Part shown: piece by piece, positions 45,575 through 48,984 of the stretch
Position numbering within the stretch: position 1 is the stretch's first letter
How the letters are laid out: every line of letters starts with the position of its first letter
IMG/VR virus record: IMGVR_UViG_3300031837_000019
Strand: one strand, 5' to 3'
Origin: a virus
Length of the DNA stretch: 48,984 nt
Made by a program: the position numbers and the translations under genes
The notes under the pieces: model-generated
The model's input: the letters and a program-made list of their open reading frames with translations, nothing else
What the model was told of the DNA's origin: nothing
The model's database searches: none

Positions 45575-45859
45575 TTACAAATTGTTGAGATGACTAATCA
45601 GTTCAGACTCATCATCCCACTTTAGAAACGGAAACGCCTTTATGACGTTATGCAAATAACTACCAACGGATTCCGCATTACGGAGACCCGAATAGATTTC
45701 TTGTGAAGGCATAGCGGGGTGGTGAATTTCGTAAGAATAGAGCCCGCCAGACAGGAAACGAACAGCGATTGTGTCCGTTTGTTCATCAAAAGCCACAGCA
45801 TCCACATTACTTGAGGTGACTTCCTCCCAAGCAATCTCCGATAAGGCTGTTTGTCGCAT
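45575..45859 (-). CDS. KTSC domain protein
   Basis: SSNVDAVAFDEQTDTIAVRFLSGGLYSYE..P...Y..L..AESVGSYLHNVIK fits the KTSC pattern with a central YxY. The ATG at 45859 is preceded by AGGAGA. Confidence 0.65.
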   Translation of the reverse strand: MRQTALSEIAWEEVTSSNVDAVAFDEQTDTIAVRFLSGGLYSYEIHHPAMPSQEIYSGLRNAESVGSYLHNVIKAFPFLKWDDESELISHLNNL

Positions 45860-45916
45860 TTCAATATCTCCTAATTCATAATACACCTACCTAACCACAC
45901 TCGGTTGAGCATGAGA

Positions 45917-46018
45917 GAGCACACACAGCGGTTTTGGCCTTACGGGTCATTGTCTGTATGGCGTTTGAAGCCATAAAACATGCATTTGCCGGTTAATGGT
46001 CCAGTTGTGTATGTGCTC
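45917..46018 (-). other. long-loop stem with arms gagcacacaca / tgtatgtgctc
   Basis: 10 of 11 arm positions pair. The mismatch is C-A on + strand RNA and G-U on - strand RNA. Shares the 14-mer tgtatgtgctcact with 46541-46554. Confidence 0.5.
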
Positions 46019-46088
46019 ACTGATACTCAAATAGTGACCTTACCTGAACAATTGAAGATCAGGATGATTATGACAAATATTGACCCAA

Positions 46089-46244
46089 TCATGGCGATTT
46101 GATCACGTTATCGGCGTGACTGAACACACCATTTACGGTGCCGCCAAGTCGAGACATCGTACCAATGAGAAACAAGACCATCAAGCACAACAGCAAGCCA
46201 TATTCAGCCGCAGATGCGCCGCATTCATCTGTGAGATATTTCAT
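46089..46244 (-). CDS. flp: Flp/Fap-family (Tad, type IVb) prepilin-like protein, 51 aa
   Basis: Hand translation gives MKYLTDECGASAAEYGLLLCLMVLFLIGTMSRLGGTVNGVFSHADNVIKSP. It has the G/ASAAEYG processing motif plus a hydrophobic helix, as in Caulobacter PilA (DESGATAIEYGLIVALIAVV). GGGGA lies 7 nt before the ATG. Confidence 0.7.
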   Translation of the reverse strand: MKYLTDECGASAAEYGLLLCLMVLFLIGTMSRLGGTVNGVFSHADNVIKSP

Positions 46245-46509
46245 GATTAAATCCCCAATAAAGCCCCCGAATTGAGCAGTTTAACGACTGCAAATATCTG
46301 CTGCACCATCCGGGGGGCGGTTAGATGGGGCAGAAAGATGTCTACTGCTGCTCAGGTCGCTCATAAGCCAGACAACAAAATCCCACTACCCTCTAGGTGT
46401 AATGGACATAACATCAATCTGACTTACAATTCACATCCTTTATATTTATGCTCATTAGTTTACCCACATAGAGCGAGGTGCATAACCACAGATAATCTTG
46501 TGGTTGGGA

Positions 46510-46551
46510 GAGCACATACACACAGAGTTGTGGCGATGCATGTATGTGCTC
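46510..46551 (-). other. perfect 11-bp stem-loop gagcacataca / tgtatgtgctc
   Basis: 20-nt loop; lies about 65 nt downstream (- sense) of the stop of the 254-aa gene. Confidence 0.6.
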
Positions 46552-46617
46552 ACTAAATCACAAGTAATAGTTACGCCCCCAAAGCTTTCACCCTGAGGGC
46601 GCAACCATTAGGCGTTG

Positions 46618-47382
46618 TTATTGGGCGTTGGCCGCTTCGACCTGTGCAGTGGCGCGCTTCAGATCGGCCTCTGCCTTCCGAGCATCTTGCGTCGCATCGG
46701 AGAAGCTGTTGAGCGTCTGAAGAACACCCTCAATCTGGTCGAAGGCTGTGTCCATCTTGTCCAGATGAATACCGTCGTAGAACGGCTTCCCTGGAACAAT
46801 CGGACCCACGACCTTACCGTCAACGATCTTGGTGTTGTCGATGGCACGAGTGTACTCACGCCTAGCCGCTTCAAGCTTGGCAACGATGCCGCCCTTGAAT
46901 ACGGGCTTGAGCGCATCAACCTGTTCAGCGGCCTTGGCTAGGGTCCAGAACGGATTGGCCATGGCCTCTTCGATCCGCCATGGACGCGGTTGACCGTCCA
47001 GAGTACCGGACAGCTTGATGACGTCCTTAACAAGCTCCATGGGCGTGTATTCGCGCATATGGAAGATGATTCCCTTTACGCGATATCCATGGGCAGGGAG
47101 CTTGTCAGCGGCCTGGAGGACCTCCACCAACAGACGACGTGTCAGTGAGGTGTCCCCATGCTTTTGAGTATGGAGATAACACTGAATGAGGTTGTTGTGG
47201 ATACGTCTATCAATGTCTGACAGGTTCGCCTTGATGACGTTCTGGTCAGACTTGATGACTTCCTTGTCCCACAGGATGAATTGTGGCTTCCCATCAACGA
47301 CCTTAGCCATTTCGGGAAGGACCAATTCAGCTTGGTTTTTCGGTTCCATAGTGTGTAGGTTCCCTTTTGCAGTCACTACCAT
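46618..47382 (-). CDS. hypothetical protein (254 aa)
   Basis: Long GC-rich ORF with a coiled-coil C-terminus. Its start codon lies inside the inverted-repeat arm 47378-47407. Confidence 0.65.
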   Translation of the reverse strand: MVVTAKGNLHTMEPKNQAELVLPEMAKVVDGKPQFILWDKEVIKSDQNVIKANLSDIDRRIHNNLIQCYLHTQKHGDTSLTRRLLVEVLQAADKLPAHGYRVKGIIFHMREYTPMELVKDVIKLSGTLDGQPRPWRIEEAMANPFWTLAKAAEQVDALKPVFKGGIVAKLEAARREYTRAIDNTKIVDGKVVGPIVPGKPFYDGIHLDKMDTAFDQIEGVLQTLNSFSDATQDARKAEADLKRATAQVEAANAQ

Positions 47383-47407
47383 TAGTGCTGCGCAGAGTAG
47401 ATGAGAC
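47378..47407. repeat. 30-bp inverted repeat, left arm
   Basis: The reverse complement, gtctcatctactcTgcgcaGcactaatggt, matches 47981-48010 at 28 of 30 positions. Confidence 0.9.
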
Positions 47408-47414
47408 CCACACG

Positions 47415-47645
47415 TTACGCCGCAACAGTCTGCCGACGATCACGAAGTATCTGTTGAGACACTACGTGGCCTTCATGTGACTGATACGGCTGGATTGGAA
47501 CACGCCTAGCCCAGCCCCCTGTTTGAGGCATAGGAAGGCTAGCTTGAAAGAACTGAGCAATATTTTCAGACACAAATGGTCCAAAGTGTAGTTGCTGCGA
47601 TTTTGGGCTGTCTCGGTATACAACCAGATAGCTAACGGGTTTCAT
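47415..47645 (-). CDS. hypothetical protein (76 aa)
   Basis: ATGA overlap with the upstream 104-aa ORF. Confidence 0.5.
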   Translation of the reverse strand: MKPVSYLVVYRDSPKSQQLHFGPFVSENIAQFFQASLPMPQTGGWARRVPIQPYQSHEGHVVSQQILRDRRQTVAA

Positions 47646-47956
47646 GTCAGATACACAGGAATTGGGACAACACGATACTTTGCATTGAACCCGAATTTCC
47701 GATTACTATTTCGGAGCTTGTTACGATAACTCTGAGCCTCAATGGTCATTTGGGCTTTCGTTCCGATGCGGATCGGACCCAACTGTCCACCTACCGGCGG
47801 GAACCGGCAGAGAAAAGGTTCATAAATGACGTTAGACGTCCCGAGAATTGCATAGAGCATGGATAAACCCTCTGGTTTCATGATTGAATGAACACTGCGA
47901 TATGAAGACCACATATTTGGACAGACGACTATGTGAGATGTTATTGATTTTTGCAT
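47642..47956 (-). CDS. hypothetical protein (104 aa)
   Basis: ORF with AAAGGGG about 10 nt upstream of the ATG. Confidence 0.5.
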   Translation of the reverse strand: MQKSITSHIVVCPNMWSSYRSVHSIMKPEGLSMLYAILGTSNVIYEPFLCRFPPVGGQLGPIRIGTKAQMTIEAQSYRNKLRNSNRKFGFNAKYRVVPIPVYLT

Positions 47957-47980
47957 GAGCAGTGACCCCTTTCCAAAGGC

Positions 47981-48010
47981 GTCTCATCTACTCGGCGCAA
48001 CACTAATGGT
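47981..48010. repeat. 30-bp inverted repeat, right arm
   Basis: gtctcatctactcGgcgcaAcactaatggt. Confidence 0.9.
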
Positions 48011-48451
48011 TGCGTGCTTAGGGATCACTCAGACATTGCATAATGCAATGCTGGGGCTCAACCCAAGCGTAAGACGTTGCTTCCCCTCAATCTCACAGTC
48101 ATCCCACATCGAACGGCAAACGGATTGCTAGGCCCGTTCACCGCCTCATGGGTGCGAGATTGTGGGGCCAGACCAGTGACGGATCGAATTACCCAAGCGT
48201 CCCGGCCGCTTTAAGCCGGTCTATAGCTCGGCACGCTCCCTGACGGTCTAGCGTCCCAAATCGGCACTTACCATTTGGCAGTTACCAGTCACCAAGGCCC
48301 TTAACAGCGACACCCTTATTGGAGACCATACACGATCGCCCAGACAGTTAGCCTAGGTTAGATCGGTTGATCCTTATAGGTGTCACCAGAGGTGCATATG
48401 CCCTTGGCCGGGTCCTGACCGGACCTCGTTTGTAGTCCGTATGTTATAACC

Positions 48452-48685
48452 CTAGTAACGTAGCAGCTTATACCCGGTCACCTTCACAGGATCGGGGGGA
48501 TTGTCTGCGAACTTGCTATGGGGCTTCATGGCACGGTGAGGCTTAACCCTCAAGTTGAGGGCGGACCTAACTATGCCCTGTTGCAACTTACCGCAATCGG
48601 GTTCATATCCAGCGTTCTGCGCAGCCTGTTTAAGGGCGGCTTGACGCGCTAGCAGTCTCCGATGCGGGTTCAGGCGCTTGCCCAT
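48452..48685 (-). CDS. small basic hypothetical protein, probable first gene of the - arm
   Basis: 77 aa; strong SD AAGGAG 7 nt before the ATG. Confidence 0.6.
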   Translation of the reverse strand: MGKRLNPHRRLLARQAALKQAAQNAGYEPDCGKLQQGIVRSALNLRVKPHRAMKPHSKFADNPPDPVKVTGYKLLRY

Positions 48686-48819
48686 GGCAAGTCTCCTTAG
48701 CCGCTAGGGTTCACGCGGTCCAAGCGGACCTTGCGTGGTCTCGGGGGTGTGTCCCCTTTGACAAGACCAGGTATAGCACTACGTTTTGCAATAGTCTAAT
48801 CACGAATGCGTGATGTGGT

Positions 48820-48856
48820 TTATCGTTTATCGATATATTGTTATCGTTTATCGATA
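48820..48856. repeat. two perfect 16-nt direct repeats (ttatcgtttatcgata) spaced 21 bp apart
   Basis: Copies at 48820-48835 and 48841-48856. Each contains the palindrome tatcgata. They lie in the divergent control region. Confidence 0.9.
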
Positions 48857-48857
48857 C

Positions 48858-48984
48858 GGTTAATTCCTACCGCTGCAATGAGGATTTGCATGTTGCAATA
48901 CCCTACCTGGGGGGTAGGATAAAGTGGGGATCCGACAGAGCGTTTTTGAGGTCACCTCTTTTATTTTATAAAAAAATGAAGTTT
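48858..48984. repeat. terminal direct repeat, right copy
   Basis: Identical to nt 1-127. Confidence 0.95.

Noticed and set aside
46272-46556. 94-aa + strand ORF in the flp to 254-aa intergenic region
   Set aside because: It runs against the direction of the arm, has no SD, is Cys/His/Arg-rich, and spans several hairpins including the conserved 46510-46551 stem. It is more likely non-coding regulatory sequence.
48758-48786. TTGACA on the + strand at 48758-48763 as a third late promoter
   Set aside because: No acceptable -10 hexamer at 16-18 nt; the best is TACGTT, 3 of 6.
1-48984. Lysogeny module, CRISPR, retron or DGR elements
   Set aside because: No integrase, repressor, reverse transcriptase or Cas-like ORF (other than the stand-alone Cas4-like nuclease typical of phages) and no repeat-spacer array were recognised. 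This rests on inspection by eye only.

Overview
The window looks like a complete tailed-phage genome of about 48.86 kb that closes on itself: nt 1-127 are identical to nt 48858-48984. It has two convergent arms that meet at a bidirectional terminator (22449-22480). The + strand late arm (437-22436) sits behind two near-consensus sigma70 promoters. It encodes terS, terL, a P22-type portal, scaffold, major capsid, a P22 gp10-like hub, LamG/Asp-box/fibre proteins, three internal (ejection) proteins including a 1540-aa giant, and a holin-endolysin cassette. The - strand early/middle arm runs from 48685 down to 22494. Its GC-rich right end carries small early genes, including an untracked 51-aa Flp/Tad-pilin-like ORF, a KTSC-domain protein and an Ala/Ser-repeat protein. 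Next comes an AT-rich seven-gene operon that combines three different carboxylate-amine ligase folds with two glutamine amidotransferases. The rest of the arm encodes ThyX, two phosphatases, a T7 gp4-like primase-helicase, a family A DNA polymerase split by an Endo VII/HNH gene, a tRNA-like gene, a gp2.5-like SSB, a Cas4-like nuclease, T7-type endonuclease I, a DEDD exonuclease, small nucleotide-handling proteins and a class II RNR. No phage RNA polymerase, integrase or repressor was recognised. The best candidates for something new are: the ligase/amidotransferase operon of unknown product (37068-42911); the phage-borne Flp prepilin; a 30-bp inverted repeat bracketing a two-gene cassette; the split polymerase; and three loci where conserved coding sequence lies upstream of any canonical start codon. 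All family assignments come from motif recognition by eye and from memory. No database search, RNA folding or gene-calling program was run.
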